This document shows positions 1 through 11,361 of a DNA stretch of 64,000 bases, piece after piece. A program made the translations under genes and the position numbers. Positions within the stretch are counted from its first letter, which is position 1. Each line of letters starts with the position of its first letter. Origin of the DNA: an uncultured Campylobacter sp. (lineage in GTDB: Bacteria > Campylobacterota > Campylobacteria > Campylobacterales > Campylobacteraceae); contig CAUQWV010000001.1 of the NCBI GenBank assembly GCA_963522285.1, positions 124,317-188,316 of the forward strand, written 5' to 3'. Under the pieces are notes generated by a model. That model was not told the DNA's origin and searched no databases. It worked only from the letters and a program-made list of their open reading frames with translations.

Positions 1-97
1 GCATTTTTAGCACGCTAAAAGGGCAGCTGCTCGCGCAGACGCCGCAGCCGATACAGCGGTCTTTCGTAACCACTTCGCTAATTACATTGAAGCTCAA
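1..97 (-). CDS. 5' end of a 4Fe-4S protein, probably F420 hydrogenase beta-subunit (FrhB)-like, common in glycan loci; runs off the left edge
   Basis: Manual translation from TTG at 97 (AGGAGG upstream, overlaps flippase stop): LSFNVISEVVTKDRCIGCGVCASSCPFSVLKM, with CxxCxxCxxxCP. Confidence 0.7.
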   Translation of the reverse strand, partial: MSFNVISEVVTKDRCIGCGVCASSCPFSVLKM

Positions 98-1632
98 GCC
101 CGCCTCCTTATCTTAGCCGCAATGCCGCCAAAAATCGCGCGCTCATAATCATTCATCGCCCAAAAATACGCGCTTAGCACAAACATAGCCGAATAAAGCC
201 CGCCGCAAATTAGCAAAAAGCTCACTCCGTGCAAGTCTAGTGCGTAATTTATCGCTAGGCTTACTGCTATTGCGGGAGCGAATTTTACTACCATCGCGCC
301 GATATTTCGCCAAAATTTAGCGATGTCAAGTCCGATTACACGAGCATAGTAGATGTTCATTACGCAGATATTTAGCAAGGTGATCGCGAAAGCCGTGCCG
401 CACGCAGCACCCACGCCACCGTAAGCTTTAGCTAGCGGGATAGAAATAGCGATGTTTACTAGCGTGACGCAAAACGCAGCGATTGAGCGAAATTTGACTT
501 TGTTTTTTGCCTGAAGCACGGCTAGGCCTAAATTTTGAATCAACGGCACGCTTACTGGAAGCACCAAAATAAGCGCGATTGCGTATGAAATTTCATAATT
601 TGCGCCAGCCCAGAGCACGATAAACTCCCGTCCAAAAATCACCAAAAGCGACGCGATAAAAAATATCACGTAAAATTGCAGCCTGCCTATTTTGATAAAT
701 TCCGCGCTAAGCTCAGAATCGGTGGAGTTTGCAGAGACCATTTTGGCGATTTTAGGAAGCATCACGCCGCTAATGGTGAGCGAAAGCGTGACGAAAGTGG
801 CATTTATCGTGCTTGCTACGGCATACGTGGAGACCGCCGTAGCGCCTGCGACCGCGCCTAAGATAAAATTATCGACGTTCCAGTTTACTTGATCAACTAC
901 GATGCCTAAAAATATAAAAAACGAGTAGCCAAAAATTTGCTTAAGCGTGGGGGCGTCGAAATTTCGCACGCTTATCACGGGCGAGACTTTGCGCTTGCAG
1001 TAGATGAAGTCCGCCGCGACGCAGATTAAATTTACCGCCGTAGCGATGATTACGATCGCGATAGCCTTATATCCCAAAAGTAGCGCAGGTACCGCAGCTA
1101 GCGGCAGAGCGATCGTGCGAAAGATCCCAATTAGCTTGATAAATACGAAATTCTCATGCGCCGTAAGGATCGACGAATAGATGCTAAAAGGAAAGCTAAT
1201 CGCTAAATTTGCAGTTAGCAGCATTAGCATAATGCGAATTTCACCCATCTCGCTAGCGCTTAGCTTAGCGCCAAAAATCGCGTGCAGATTGGCTAGCAGC
1301 GCAGCTCCTGCAATCACGATCACCGCGCTCATTGCTAAATACACGCTAAAAATCGTTCCGTGCAGCTTATGCGTGCGCTCCACTTCGCCGCTTGAGGCGT
1401 ATTTGGCGGTATAGACCGTCACGGCGTTACCAAAACCTAAATCCAAAATCGCCAAATAGCCGATAACGCTACTAGCCAAAGAATATAGCCCAAACTCGCT
1501 CTGCCCCAGCGCCCGCAGGAAAAACGGCGTATAAACCAAAGTAAGTATCGTAGAAACAAAGATATTCACATACGATAGCACGACGCCGAGCTTACGCTGC
1601 GCGGCTTCGGGGGCGTTCAGAATTTTAAGCAA
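94..1632 (-). CDS. Oligosaccharide flippase (Wzx/MATE-like polysaccharide export protein)
   Basis: 512 aa, many TM segments, N-terminal 'LGQSEFGLYSLASSVIGYLAILDLGF' typical of Wzx-like flippases; next to galE. Confidence 0.85.
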   Translation of the reverse strand: MLKILNAPEAAQRKLGVVLSYVNIFVSTILTLVYTPFFLRALGQSEFGLYSLASSVIGYLAILDLGFGNAVTVYTAKYASSGEVERTHKLHGTIFSVYLAMSAVIVIAGAALLANLHAIFGAKLSASEMGEIRIMLMLLTANLAISFPFSIYSSILTAHENFVFIKLIGIFRTIALPLAAVPALLLGYKAIAIVIIATAVNLICVAADFIYCKRKVSPVISVRNFDAPTLKQIFGYSFFIFLGIVVDQVNWNVDNFILGAVAGATAVSTYAVASTINATFVTLSLTISGVMLPKIAKMVSANSTDSELSAEFIKIGRLQFYVIFFIASLLVIFGREFIVLWAGANYEISYAIALILVLPVSVPLIQNLGLAVLQAKNKVKFRSIAAFCVTLVNIAISIPLAKAYGGVGAACGTAFAITLLNICVMNIYYARVIGLDIAKFWRNIGAMVVKFAPAIAVSLAINYALDLHGVSFLLICGGLYSAMFVLSAYFWAMNDYERAIFGGIAAKIRRRA

Positions 1633-1713
1633 ACAAGGCTTCCTTTTGCTCGCCGCTATTAAACGCGGCGGAGTAAAATTTTAAAATTTCAAATCGCACT
1701 TTCACGCTAGAAC

Positions 1714-2703
1714 CTAGAGCTTCTTTTCCCAATTAAGCGCACTTAGGATGATTTCATCCAAGCTCTCGTGCTCGGGATGCCAAGAGGTTTTGGTGCGAAT
1801 TTTATCCGCGTTTGAGATGAGGCAGGCAGGATCGCCGGCTCTGCGTGGAGCGATCTGCACTTTAAAATCCACGCCACTTACTTTTTTAGCTTCATTGACG
1901 ACCTCTTTTACGCTAAAGCCCGTGCCGTAGCCTACGTTAAAGACCGCGCTGTCGTTAGTCTGCAGATAATCAAGTACCGCCAGATGCGCGCTTGCTAGAT
2001 CCTCTACGTGGATGTAGTCGCGTATGCAGGTGCCGTCCTTGGTGTCGTAATCATCGCCGAAAATGCTCATCTTATCGCGCTTGCCGACGATCGTTTGAGT
2101 AGCTACCTTAATTAGATGCGTCGCGTTCGGATAGTTCTGCCCGATCGTGCCGTCGCTAGCGGCTCCTGCAACGTTGAAGTAGCGCAAAATTCCATATTTA
2201 AAATTCGGATTTGCCGCGGCTGCGTCTTTTAGCACCCACTCGACCATCAGCTTGCTTCTGCCGTACGGATTGATCGGATTTTGCGGAGTTTCCTCGCTTA
2301 CTTGCGGGATGTCCGGCTCGCCGTAGGTCGCCGCAGTGGAGCTAAAGATAAAGTCTTTCACGCCGTATTTGTTCGCAAGCGCGATCAAATTCATCGCATT
2401 GGCGGTGTTGTTTAGATAGTATTTTAGCGGATTTTGCGTGCTTTCAAAAACCTCGATAAACGCCGCGAAGTGAATGATCGCATCAAATTTCTCGCGCTTA
2501 AAAAGCTTCTCGATTGCGGGGGTATTTTCTAGGCTTTCCTGTACGAACTCAAACTCGCCTATTTTGCGAAGCGCCTCGATCGCTCGCATCGAGCCTTTGC
2601 AAAGATTATCCAGTATGACGACGTCGTGGCGGTTCGCTTCTAAAAGCGCCTTTGCGACGTGGCTACCGATGTATCCCGCGCCGCCTGTAATTAAAATTTT
2701 CAT
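1714..2703 (-). CDS. galE: UDP-glucose/UDP-GlcNAc 4-epimerase
   Basis: GGAGYIG, HFAA, FSSTAATYG, YGRSK, LRYFNVAGA, DGTCIRDYIHV motifs. Confidence 0.95.
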   Translation of the reverse strand: MKILITGGAGYIGSHVAKALLEANRHDVVILDNLCKGSMRAIEALRKIGEFEFVQESLENTPAIEKLFKREKFDAIIHFAAFIEVFESTQNPLKYYLNNTANAMNLIALANKYGVKDFIFSSTAATYGEPDIPQVSEETPQNPINPYGRSKLMVEWVLKDAAAANPNFKYGILRYFNVAGAASDGTIGQNYPNATHLIKVATQTIVGKRDKMSIFGDDYDTKDGTCIRDYIHVEDLASAHLAVLDYLQTNDSAVFNVGYGTGFSVKEVVNEAKKVSGVDFKVQIAPRRAGDPACLISNADKIRTKTSWHPEHESLDEIILSALNWEKKL

Positions 2704-2755
2704 CTATTCTCCTTCGGATCAAATTTATCAAAATACAGGATTATAGCCCCTTAGA

Positions 2756-3610
2756 TTAAATCGCTGGTCGCACGCGCAAAAATACGGGGAAGCGCGGCTT
2801 TTTCTCGCGGGTTAGGTTTTGGTATTGATAGGTGATGATCGTGCCTACTTTAGGCGGATTTGCCCGCATCTCGTCGCTAAAGCCCGTGCCTACTTTAAAT
2901 TTCACTCCGCTACGTAGATCCACGCAGCTTAAAGAGCCCATCTTGCCTTCGTTTTTGCCGTAGCCCGGGTTGATTTTTACGACCTTGCACTCGCTATCGT
3001 GCGTCTTTTTGTATTTTAAAATTTTATCGCTGCGGCCGCTTTCATAAAGCGCGTTTGGATCGCGCAGCACGACCCCCTCGCCGCCTGCTGCGATGACGCG
3101 ATCGAAATACGCCTGCACGTCGGCGTGCGTGCTTACCGGGGTTTGCTGCACGATGAGTAAATTTTGCGCACCGCTTGAGGCAATAAAATTTCTTAAAATT
3201 TCCATCTTCGCGCTTAGGTTTTTCTGCTCCTTAGGCAGGTCAAACGCATAAAATTTCACCCTGCTCCACCGCTCATCCGGCACGCTAGAAGAGACGATCG
3301 AAACGAGCTGCTCAAACTCTCCGCGCGCCGTGTATAGCTCGCCGTCGACGAAAAAAGGCGGAAAGCCCGCGCTCCAGCCCTCGGGAGCGTTTATGATCTT
3401 ACCACGTCTGGAGCGCAGATTACGCCCGTCCCAGATCGCGCGCACGCCGTCTAACTTCTCGCTAATCACCCAGCCGGTGATATTCATGCCGGGGACATAT
3501 TCTTTAAGCAGCATCGGTTTAAATTTAGCCTCATCTGCAACCGCGCCGCAGAGCAAAAACAGCGCACCCAAAATCGCGCCTTTTAAAATTTTAAAAATTT
3601 CACTTCGCAT
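2756..3610 (-). CDS. Minimal ATP-dependent DNA ligase with N-terminal signal peptide (Lig E type)
   Basis: SEKLDGVRA adenylation motif, DGEL, EGVV, C-terminal OB domain (KVGTGFSD...PRFPVFLRVR); hydrophobic N-terminus ending AVA. Confidence 0.9.
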   Translation of the reverse strand: MRSEIFKILKGAILGALFLLCGAVADEAKFKPMLLKEYVPGMNITGWVISEKLDGVRAIWDGRNLRSRRGKIINAPEGWSAGFPPFFVDGELYTARGEFEQLVSIVSSSVPDERWSRVKFYAFDLPKEQKNLSAKMEILRNFIASSGAQNLLIVQQTPVSTHADVQAYFDRVIAAGGEGVVLRDPNALYESGRSDKILKYKKTHDSECKVVKINPGYGKNEGKMGSLSCVDLRSGVKFKVGTGFSDEMRANPPKVGTIITYQYQNLTREKKPRFPVFLRVRPAI

Positions 3611-4967
3611 ATACCGCTAGCTCCCTTTCTATAAAGTCGCAAAAAACTGGCGTATAGCTCATGCCCGCGCACTCTTTTTGCAAAAATTCGCCCATCACCG
3701 CGATGTAATTCAGATAGTCGTCCTTGGTGACCTTGCCGCGCAAAAGCTCGTATTTTAAAAATAGCCAGTAGGTATTGAGCACGTCGGATCTGCAGTACTC
3801 GTCGATCTTGGCCTGCTCGCCGCCGTAATACAGCTGCAGGACCTGATCTCCGTGCACGTCGTATTTGCCGGGAAGGCCCACGCTAGCGCAGATATGATCG
3901 AGCTTGAGCCCGCGCACGGCGCCAAAATCGCTGATGTGATCAAGCAGATCCAGATGGAACCGCCCGTCGTAGCGGCTGCGGTAGTTCTCCCATTTGCTCT
4001 TGTTGTTATCGCGATCGTTCGTCTCAAAATACGCCGCAGCGCTTAGATCGTAGCACATCGCGCGCGCCATAATCATCGGCAGATCGAACCCGCGCCCGTT
4101 GAAGCTCACGAGGCGCGGATTAAAATCCTCGATGAAGGCTAGGAATTTTGCGATTTTATCGCGCTCGTTATCGCCATCAAGCGTCGAGACGCGCAAAAAC
4201 CTGCCGAATCCGTCCGCCATCACGGCGCTAATGCTAACGACGCGGTGGAAGCAGACGGGCAGGAATTCGCTACCGGTTTTTTCTTTGAAAATCTCCATCG
4301 CCCTAAGCGAGAGCAATTTGTGGTTTAAAATTTTGCTTTTATCCGCGTTAAAGATCGGCTGCTCGCCGTAAATTTTAAAATTTAGCGCGTTTAACGCGAG
4401 ATCTTGCGCGGAACCTGAAGCGAGATTTTCGCTATTTTGACTTTGGGATGCGGAGCTTTGAGACGTAGAGCTTTCCGCTACAAAATTCTGAGGCGCAGGG
4501 CTTCGGAGCGCAGAATTTTCTACCGCGGCGCTCTGTGCCGCGGAGCTTTGAGGCGCAGTATCGTCGTAGGTTAAATTTAGCGACGCGGAATTTTTGGGCG
4601 CCATATTTTGCGACATGGAATTTTCGCTCGTAAAATTTCCCTGCGTTGGATTTTCAACAGGATTTTCACTCGCGAAGCTTTGAAGCACAGCGTCTTGCTG
4701 CGTAAAGCTTTGCGGCGCGGAATTTTGCTCGGAATTTTCTATTTTAGAATTCTGCTCCACCGAATTTACAGCAAAATTTAAAGACGCGCTCTGTTTCTCG
4801 CCGCCGATCTTTTGCGATGCCCGCGCGTCAAGAAGCTTTGCGAAGCTTTTTTTATCGAAAGGCTCAAAGCAGTCCGCGATCGCGTCCTCATCCAGCACCC
4901 GCACCAGCGCCGCTACGTCGGGGATCGTCTCGCAGTCGAATACGCAGATATAATCCTTTTTCATCAA
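3600..4967 (-). CDS. PolB-like 3'-5' exonuclease (WlaX-like) with a ~150-aa low-complexity insertion
   Basis: DEDD motifs VFDCETIPD, LVSFNGRGFDLP, HLDLLD, YCRSDV. Confidence 0.85.
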   Translation of the reverse strand: MMKKDYICVFDCETIPDVAALVRVLDEDAIADCFEPFDKKSFAKLLDARASQKIGGEKQSASLNFAVNSVEQNSKIENSEQNSAPQSFTQQDAVLQSFASENPVENPTQGNFTSENSMSQNMAPKNSASLNLTYDDTAPQSSAAQSAAVENSALRSPAPQNFVAESSTSQSSASQSQNSENLASGSAQDLALNALNFKIYGEQPIFNADKSKILNHKLLSLRAMEIFKEKTGSEFLPVCFHRVVSISAVMADGFGRFLRVSTLDGDNERDKIAKFLAFIEDFNPRLVSFNGRGFDLPMIMARAMCYDLSAAAYFETNDRDNNKSKWENYRSRYDGRFHLDLLDHISDFGAVRGLKLDHICASVGLPGKYDVHGDQVLQLYYGGEQAKIDEYCRSDVLNTYWLFLKYELLRGKVTKDDYLNYIAVMGEFLQKECAGMSYTPVFCDFIERELAVYAK

Positions 4968-5217
4968 GCTCCTTCCTGGCGGCTTTTACCGCTTTTTTCA
5001 AAAACGGCTCTGAAACAATCCTCTATCTTCATGCCGTTTTTATGTACGCGCCTAATCGATCTCCTCGCTCATCTGAGGTTCTCATCGCCGCTTTCAATCT
5101 TAAAATTTTACGCTGCCGCATTTTCGCAACAAAAAGGGGCGCGCGGAGGCGCGGCAAATTTCGCTACTGCTCGCCGCGATGCAATTACCGCGCGCAAAAG
5201 CGTGCCGGTCGTTAAAT

Positions 5218-5562
5218 TTATCTTTCGATCAAGCGCTTGATACCCGGCAAAAGCTCGCCGGACGCCTTGCAAATCCTGCTTCGCAGCATGCTAAAATCGC
5301 CGCAGTAATCGCCCAGAAGCTGCAAAATATCGTCTCTGATGGCTTGCGAACGCTCGGTTAAAAGCAGCTCCTGCAAAAGGACGAAAATTTCGCTCTCATG
5401 CGCCAGCGTGCAGCCGTAGTAGGGATCAAGGTAATAATCTAAACACAACAAAAGCGAGGCCTTTTCGGCCTCGTCATCACCTCGCAAAACGGCGGCGATG
5501 CCCTCTATGCCGCCATCTGCTATGGCTTTGTGCCTAGCCTCGTAATATACCGTGCGCGTCAA
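5218..5562 (-). CDS. Hypothetical helical protein
   Basis: 114-aa ORF with AAGGG RBS, co-oriented downstream of fabI. Confidence 0.6.
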   Translation of the reverse strand: MTRTVYYEARHKAIADGGIEGIAAVLRGDDEAEKASLLLCLDYYLDPYYGCTLAHESEIFVLLQELLLTERSQAIRDDILQLLGDYCGDFSMLRSRICKASGELLPGIKRLIER

Positions 5563-5583
5563 ATTTTCCCTTTTGCACGTCGT

Positions 5584-6423
<840 letters not shown>

Positions 6424-6728
6424 CTATTTTTGCTTGGCTTTTGAGCTTTTTTTGGCGATTTTGTTAAAATTTTGCTCGGCAGACTATCTGTCTAGCCTAC
6501 GCAAAATTTTAACTGCAAAGCCCCAAAAAATCATCTCAAAATCCTTCGCAATTTGACTTAAAATTTTACAAATTAAAATTCGCGAAATCTCGCGAAACGC
6601 CAAATTTTAAACGCAATTCGATAGCGGCAGTATCGCGAGATGGATTTTAATGTTGTGCAGAAATTTTAAGTCAAGACTAGGCGCATAGCCTGTCGCGGAC
6701 TTAAAATTTCAAACTCATTAAAAGACGC

Positions 6729-7421
6729 TCACGAGACAACGCGTATAAGCTCCAAAAAGCTAGAGGCGTCCCAGCTTGCTGTGCCCACTAGCACCCCGTC
6801 GCAACCTCTTATCGCGCAAATTTTTGCGATATTTTCCGCATTTACGCTGCCGCCGTAAAGTAGCGGCGCGGGGCTTTTAGCGCGCAAGAAATTTAGCATT
6901 CTTTCGATCTGCTCGCACTGCGCGCTTCTGCCCGTGCCGATCGCCCAAACAGGCTCGTAGGCTAGTATTAAATTTCGGTATTTCAGATCGATACCCTCAA
7001 GCTGTGCCGCTACAAAATCCTCGCTGCGATCTTGCGCGAATGCCGCCTCATCCTCGCCGACGCAAAAGACGATGCGCCAGCCACGTGCTGCGGCAAAACC
7101 GAATTTTTCTTTTATCAGCTCCGCGCTCTCGCCCAAAATAGCGCGCCGCTCGCTATGTCCGATAAGAACGGTTTTGATGTCGAATTCCGCCAGCATATCG
7201 CCGCCGATCTCGCCTGTAAAGCTGCCGTGCACGGCAGGATAGAAATTTTGCGCGCCTTGGGTAAAATTTTTTACCTTCGCGCAAAATGCGCTAGCAGGAG
7301 GAAAAACTAGAATTTCATTCTCGCGCGAAATTCCGCCCGCTAAGCCTTCATCTAAAGCTTTAGCATACCGCTCAAAGCTAGCGCGAGTATGGTTGCATTT
7401 AAGATTCGCTGCTAGTATCAT
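6729..7421 (-). CDS. tpiA: Triosephosphate isomerase
   Basis: [28 protein letters not shown]. Confidence 0.97.
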   Translation of the reverse strand: MILAANLKCNHTRASFERYAKALDEGLAGGISRENEILVFPPASAFCAKVKNFTQGAQNFYPAVHGSFTGEIGGDMLAEFDIKTVLIGHSERRAILGESAELIKEKFGFAAARGWRIVFCVGEDEAAFAQDRSEDFVAAQLEGIDLKYRNLILAYEPVWAIGTGRSAQCEQIERMLNFLRAKSPAPLLYGGSVNAENIAKICAIRGCDGVLVGTASWDASSFLELIRVVS

Positions 7422-8629
7422 CGCAGCTCCGTTTTAGCGGTGAGCACTCGCACGCCCGGCAGCTCCTTGCCCTCGATGAGTTCTAAGCTCGCGCCGCCTC
7501 CAGTGGAAATAAAAGTCATATCATCAGCGTTACCAGCGCGTTCGACGACATCTGCGGTATCGCCGCCGCCCACTACGGTCGTGGCGTCGCTATCTGCGAT
7601 CGCGTGCGATATATGCAGGCTGCCACGAGCGAATTTGTCGATCTCAAAAACTCCCATCGGTCCGTTCCACCAGATCGTTTGTGCATCGTCTAAGGCTTCT
7701 TTAAAAAGCGCTACGGTCGCAGGCCCGATATCTAGCCCCATCCAATCGCTTGGAATTTCTTGGACGGTAACCTTTTTTGTAACGGCATCTTGCGAGCATT
7801 GCGGAGCTGCGACGGCATCGACGGGGATATAAATTTTAACCCCAAGCTCGCGAGCATTGCGGAGAATATTTTTTGCTTCCTCGATTAGATCCTCTTCGAG
7901 CAAAGATTTGCCGATGTCATATCCGACGGCTTTTAAAAACGTAAACGCCATGCCGCCTCCGATGATGAGCTTATCGACTTTAGGAAGTAAATTTTTAAGC
8001 GCCTGAAGCTTGCCGCTTACTTTGCTGCCGCCCGTTACGGCTACAAAAGGACGCGCAGGATCTTTAATAAGGTCTTTAGCAAATTTTATCTCTTTTAGCA
8101 GCAAAAATCCCGCCGCCTTATGCGCCTCATCGTAGAATTTCGTAATCGCCTCCACCGAAGCATGCGCGCGGTGGCATACGCCAAAAGCATCGTTGATATA
8201 AAATTCCGCGTAGCTCGCAAGCCTCTTAGCTAGTGCTTCGTCGTTTTTGCTCTCGCCCTTTTCGAAACGCAGATTATCCAGCAGCAGCACTTCGCCCTTT
8301 TTAAGCGAATTTACCGCAGCTCCTGCCTCCTCGCCTGCGACATCGGAGACAAATTTTATCTCGCGCTCCAAAAGCCTAGATAGCCTCTTTACCACAGGCT
8401 TTAGGCTAAGTCTTTCTTCGTATCCGTTTTTCGGGCGCCCTAAATGACTGGCTAAAATTACCGCGCAGCCCTCGTCTAAGCAATATTTAATCGTAGGGAT
8501 AGACGAACGAATGCGACGATCGTCCGTAATATTGCAAAACTCATCCATCGGCACGTTAAAATCGCACCTGATAAAAACGCGCGCGCCGTCTTTAAATTTC
8601 AAATCTTTAATCGAAAGAATTTCGCCCAT
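7418..8629 (-). CDS. pgk: Phosphoglycerate kinase
   Basis: [43 protein letters not shown]; start moved to ATG 8629 just after the gap stop. Confidence 0.97.
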   Translation of the reverse strand: MGEILSIKDLKFKDGARVFIRCDFNVPMDEFCNITDDRRIRSSIPTIKYCLDEGCAVILASHLGRPKNGYEERLSLKPVVKRLSRLLEREIKFVSDVAGEEAGAAVNSLKKGEVLLLDNLRFEKGESKNDEALAKRLASYAEFYINDAFGVCHRAHASVEAITKFYDEAHKAAGFLLLKEIKFAKDLIKDPARPFVAVTGGSKVSGKLQALKNLLPKVDKLIIGGGMAFTFLKAVGYDIGKSLLEEDLIEEAKNILRNARELGVKIYIPVDAVAAPQCSQDAVTKKVTVQEIPSDWMGLDIGPATVALFKEALDDAQTIWWNGPMGVFEIDKFARGSLHISHAIADSDATTVVGGGDTADVVERAGNADDMTFISTGGGASLELIEGKELPGVRVLTAKTELR

Positions 8630-8630
8630 C

Positions 8631-9635
8631 TTATTTCCTTCTTTTTGCCGCATATAGGGCTAAATCGATGAGGCGCTCGCTATATCCCCACTCGTTGTCA
8701 TACCAGCTCATCACTTTTATCAGATTGCCGTCAATTACCTGAGTGCAGTCGCTAGCTACGATGCTGGAGTATTCTGAAGTACAAAAATCGCTGCTGACAC
8801 GGCTATCGTCGTCTACGAGCAAAATTCCTTTCATCTCTTTAGCGGCATAGCGACGGAAAATTTCATTTAGCTCCTCGGCGCTCGTCTGCTTGCGCGTTAG
8901 CACCGTTAGATCAACCATCGATACGTTAGCCACCGGCACGCGCACAGATTGCCCGTGCATCTTACCGCTTAGCTGCGGAAGTACCTTACTAATCGCTTTT
9001 GCCGCGCCCGTCGTAGTCGGAGCGATATTAAGAGCAGCGGCGCGTGAACGGCGGAAGTCCTTAGCTTTTACATCGACTAGGCTCTGTCCGTGCGTATAGG
9101 CATGAATTGTCGTCATAAGACCCTTTTCGATACCAAGCTCATCGTCTAGAATTTTTGCAATCGGAGCCAGGCCGTTAGTGGTGCAGCTAGCGTTTGAGAT
9201 GACGCGTTGTCCTGCATAAGCGCCCTCATTAACGCCGATTACAAAAGTAGGCGTATCATCCTTGGCAGGCGCGCTCATTACGACTACGCCGATACCGTTG
9301 TCTATGAACGGCTTACATTTTTCGCTCGTTAAAAACGCACCCGTACATTCCAGCACAGCTTCTGCACCATCGCCCGCAAAATCAAGCTCCGCAGGCTCTC
9401 TGGTGGAATAGACGCGGATTTTTTTGCCGTCTACGGCTATGCATTCATCGCTTAGAATTTCTACTTTTTTACGAAACTCGCCGTGAACGGTGTCGTATTG
9501 AAGCAGGTATCTCGTAAGCTCGCGTTTAGCGGTATCGTTGATCGCCACAAGCTCTACATCGTCCCTGCTTAGCGCAATTCTAGCCGCGCACCTACCGATC
9601 CTTCCAAAGCCGTTGATTGCGATTTTTACTGCCAT
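8631..9635 (-). CDS. gap: Glyceraldehyde-3-phosphate dehydrogenase
   Basis: [26 protein letters not shown]. Confidence 0.97.
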   Translation of the reverse strand: MAVKIAINGFGRIGRCAARIALSRDDVELVAINDTAKRELTRYLLQYDTVHGEFRKKVEILSDECIAVDGKKIRVYSTREPAELDFAGDGAEAVLECTGAFLTSEKCKPFIDNGIGVVVMSAPAKDDTPTFVIGVNEGAYAGQRVISNASCTTNGLAPIAKILDDELGIEKGLMTTIHAYTHGQSLVDVKAKDFRRSRAAALNIAPTTTGAAKAISKVLPQLSGKMHGQSVRVPVANVSMVDLTVLTRKQTSAEELNEIFRRYAAKEMKGILLVDDDSRVSSDFCTSEYSSIVASDCTQVIDGNLIKVMSWYDNEWGYSERLIDLALYAAKRRK

Positions 9636-9772
9636 AAGGTTCTCCTTATTTGGGATGTTTTCAGCTGGAATTTTACTAAATTTGGGTTAATCTTTGATTA
9701 AATAAAAAGTCGCGAAATCTAGGATTTACTTTTTGGCTATATAATTCGCGAACTTTTTTTAAAGGAGAAAAA

Positions 9773-10150
9773 ATGAGACGAATTGTATTCTCGTCATTAG
9801 CGGCAATCGCGCTTTTAAGCGGATGCAACCAACCTAAGGCCGATACGGCTCCGCAGCAAAAGCAAGAGTCTGTAGCGCACACGATCGTATTTCTGCTAGG
9901 AGACACCGGAGATAAGCGCATCAGCCTTAGCTCGAACGATATGTTTGCAACGGGCGTGTTAACCGACGAAAAAGGCAAAAAGCATAATCTTAAACGCGCG
10001 GCTTCCGCAAGCGGCATAATGCTTACGAACGACGAAGGTATCGAGCTTCTTTTCAAACGTGGAGAGGGAGTGTATACACCGGGAAAAGGCAAGAAGGATA
10101 TTCCGGTAACCTACACCGAGCACGAGCACAAAAGCGGCGAAATGATGTAG
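9773..10150 (+). CDS. Lipoprotein, possibly MliC/PliC-like lysozyme inhibitor
   Basis: AAGGAG RBS, lipobox LLSGC, 'LKRAASASG' resembling the MliC SxSG motif. Confidence 0.6.
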   Translation: MRRIVFSSLAAIALLSGCNQPKADTAPQQKQESVAHTIVFLLGDTGDKRISLSSNDMFATGVLTDEKGKKHNLKRAASASGIMLTNDEGIELLFKRGEGVYTPGKGKKDIPVTYTEHEHKSGEMM

Positions 10151-10528
10151 CCGCGGCGGGGTTAAATTTAAACGCCCTAAAAAACGAATTAAATTTAACC
10201 CCTCATTTCTAAATTTCGACTTCTTTATCCATAGCAAAATTTAACCCTTGTTTCGATCTCTTTGATCTGTGATGAAATTTAACCTTTTATTTTCGCTTCT
10301 TTCATCTATGCAAATTGAGCTTTTTTTGTAAATTTGAGCTCGCGTGCGTTAAAAAATGAGCTCCGCAAGCCCAGCATCCTAAATTTTACAAAATTTTCAT
10401 TTGATTTGCGCTTTGGCGACGATTTTGGATTTCAACCGAATTTTACTAGGATTTTGCTAAACTGCGACGAAATTTTAGCAGGCCGGTACAAATACGGCGC
10501 AAAACAGATCATTTAGCGAGATTGCCGC

Positions 10529-10978
10529 ATGGATAGCATTAAATTTTACCTAAACGATTACGAAATTGAGAGCGAAAGCTTTACCGAAGTCGTCGTTACG
10601 ATAAACGGCGAACCTCTGCTTGAACTGATTAGGCAGCGTGAGCAAAGCTTTGCGGCAAAGAACGGACAAGCTAGCATCGCAGGAGGCTACGCCTACTTGA
10701 GTCTAATTGATTTTGAAAAGCTATTCTTGGACGCGCTCTTGCCTAACGGACAGCTTGCAGCTAGCAGCGAGCAAAACGCCGTGCTACTAGGCTGTCCGTG
10801 TGGGATCTGGGACTGCTGGTATCTCGCGCTTAAGATTAAATTTGAAGCGAACGCGGTTAAATTTACCGACTTTACAAACCTGCGCCGCAAAGATTGGCGG
10901 TATGGGCTTGAGTTTAAATTTGACCGCGTGAGTTTTGTGAGTGAAATTTCCAAAATCGCCTCTTTTAATAAGCTCTAA
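10529..10978 (+). CDS. Hypothetical protein with a CxCG..DCW motif
   Basis: 149-aa ORF containing LLGCPCGIWDCWYL. Confidence 0.65.
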   Translation: MDSIKFYLNDYEIESESFTEVVVTINGEPLLELIRQREQSFAAKNGQASIAGGYAYLSLIDFEKLFLDALLPNGQLAASSEQNAVLLGCPCGIWDCWYLALKIKFEANAVKFTDFTNLRRKDWRYGLEFKFDRVSFVSEISKIASFNKL

Positions 10979-11079
10979 AATTCAGTAAATTTTAACGGCA
11001 CGCTCGAAACTGCGCCGAAACAAACCTACCTTTGCCTCGGCAAAATTTAGCTTTAAAGCGGAATGGCTGCCTCGCAAGC

Positions 11080-11361
11080 TCATAAGATTAAAATTTTCGC
11101 CTCGCCGCTGCGCAAAACTTCGAGGAAAATATCATAAAATTTACCCAACCTTAGCTTTAAAATTCCGCCCCTTTTGATGATCACGAAAACCTGCCCGCCC
11201 CGCTCGCCAAGCGCGTCGTAGAGCGCATCTAAATTTGCGACGTATTCGGGCTTGAAATTTAGCGCTGCGGCAAACAGCGCGAAAATTTGATCTTTGCGCC
11301 TAATCTTTATGCCGTCGATGATGATCTTTGCGGCGCTGCGCGTTTTAAAATTTAAACTCAT
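11080..11361 (-). CDS. Barstar-family ribonuclease inhibitor
   Basis: 'LNFKPEYVANLDALYDAL' barstar signature; 4-nt overlap with the upstream RNase. Confidence 0.85.
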   Translation of the reverse strand: MSLNFKTRSAAKIIIDGIKIRRKDQIFALFAAALNFKPEYVANLDALYDALGERGGQVFVIIKRGGILKLRLGKFYDIFLEVLRSGEAKILIL

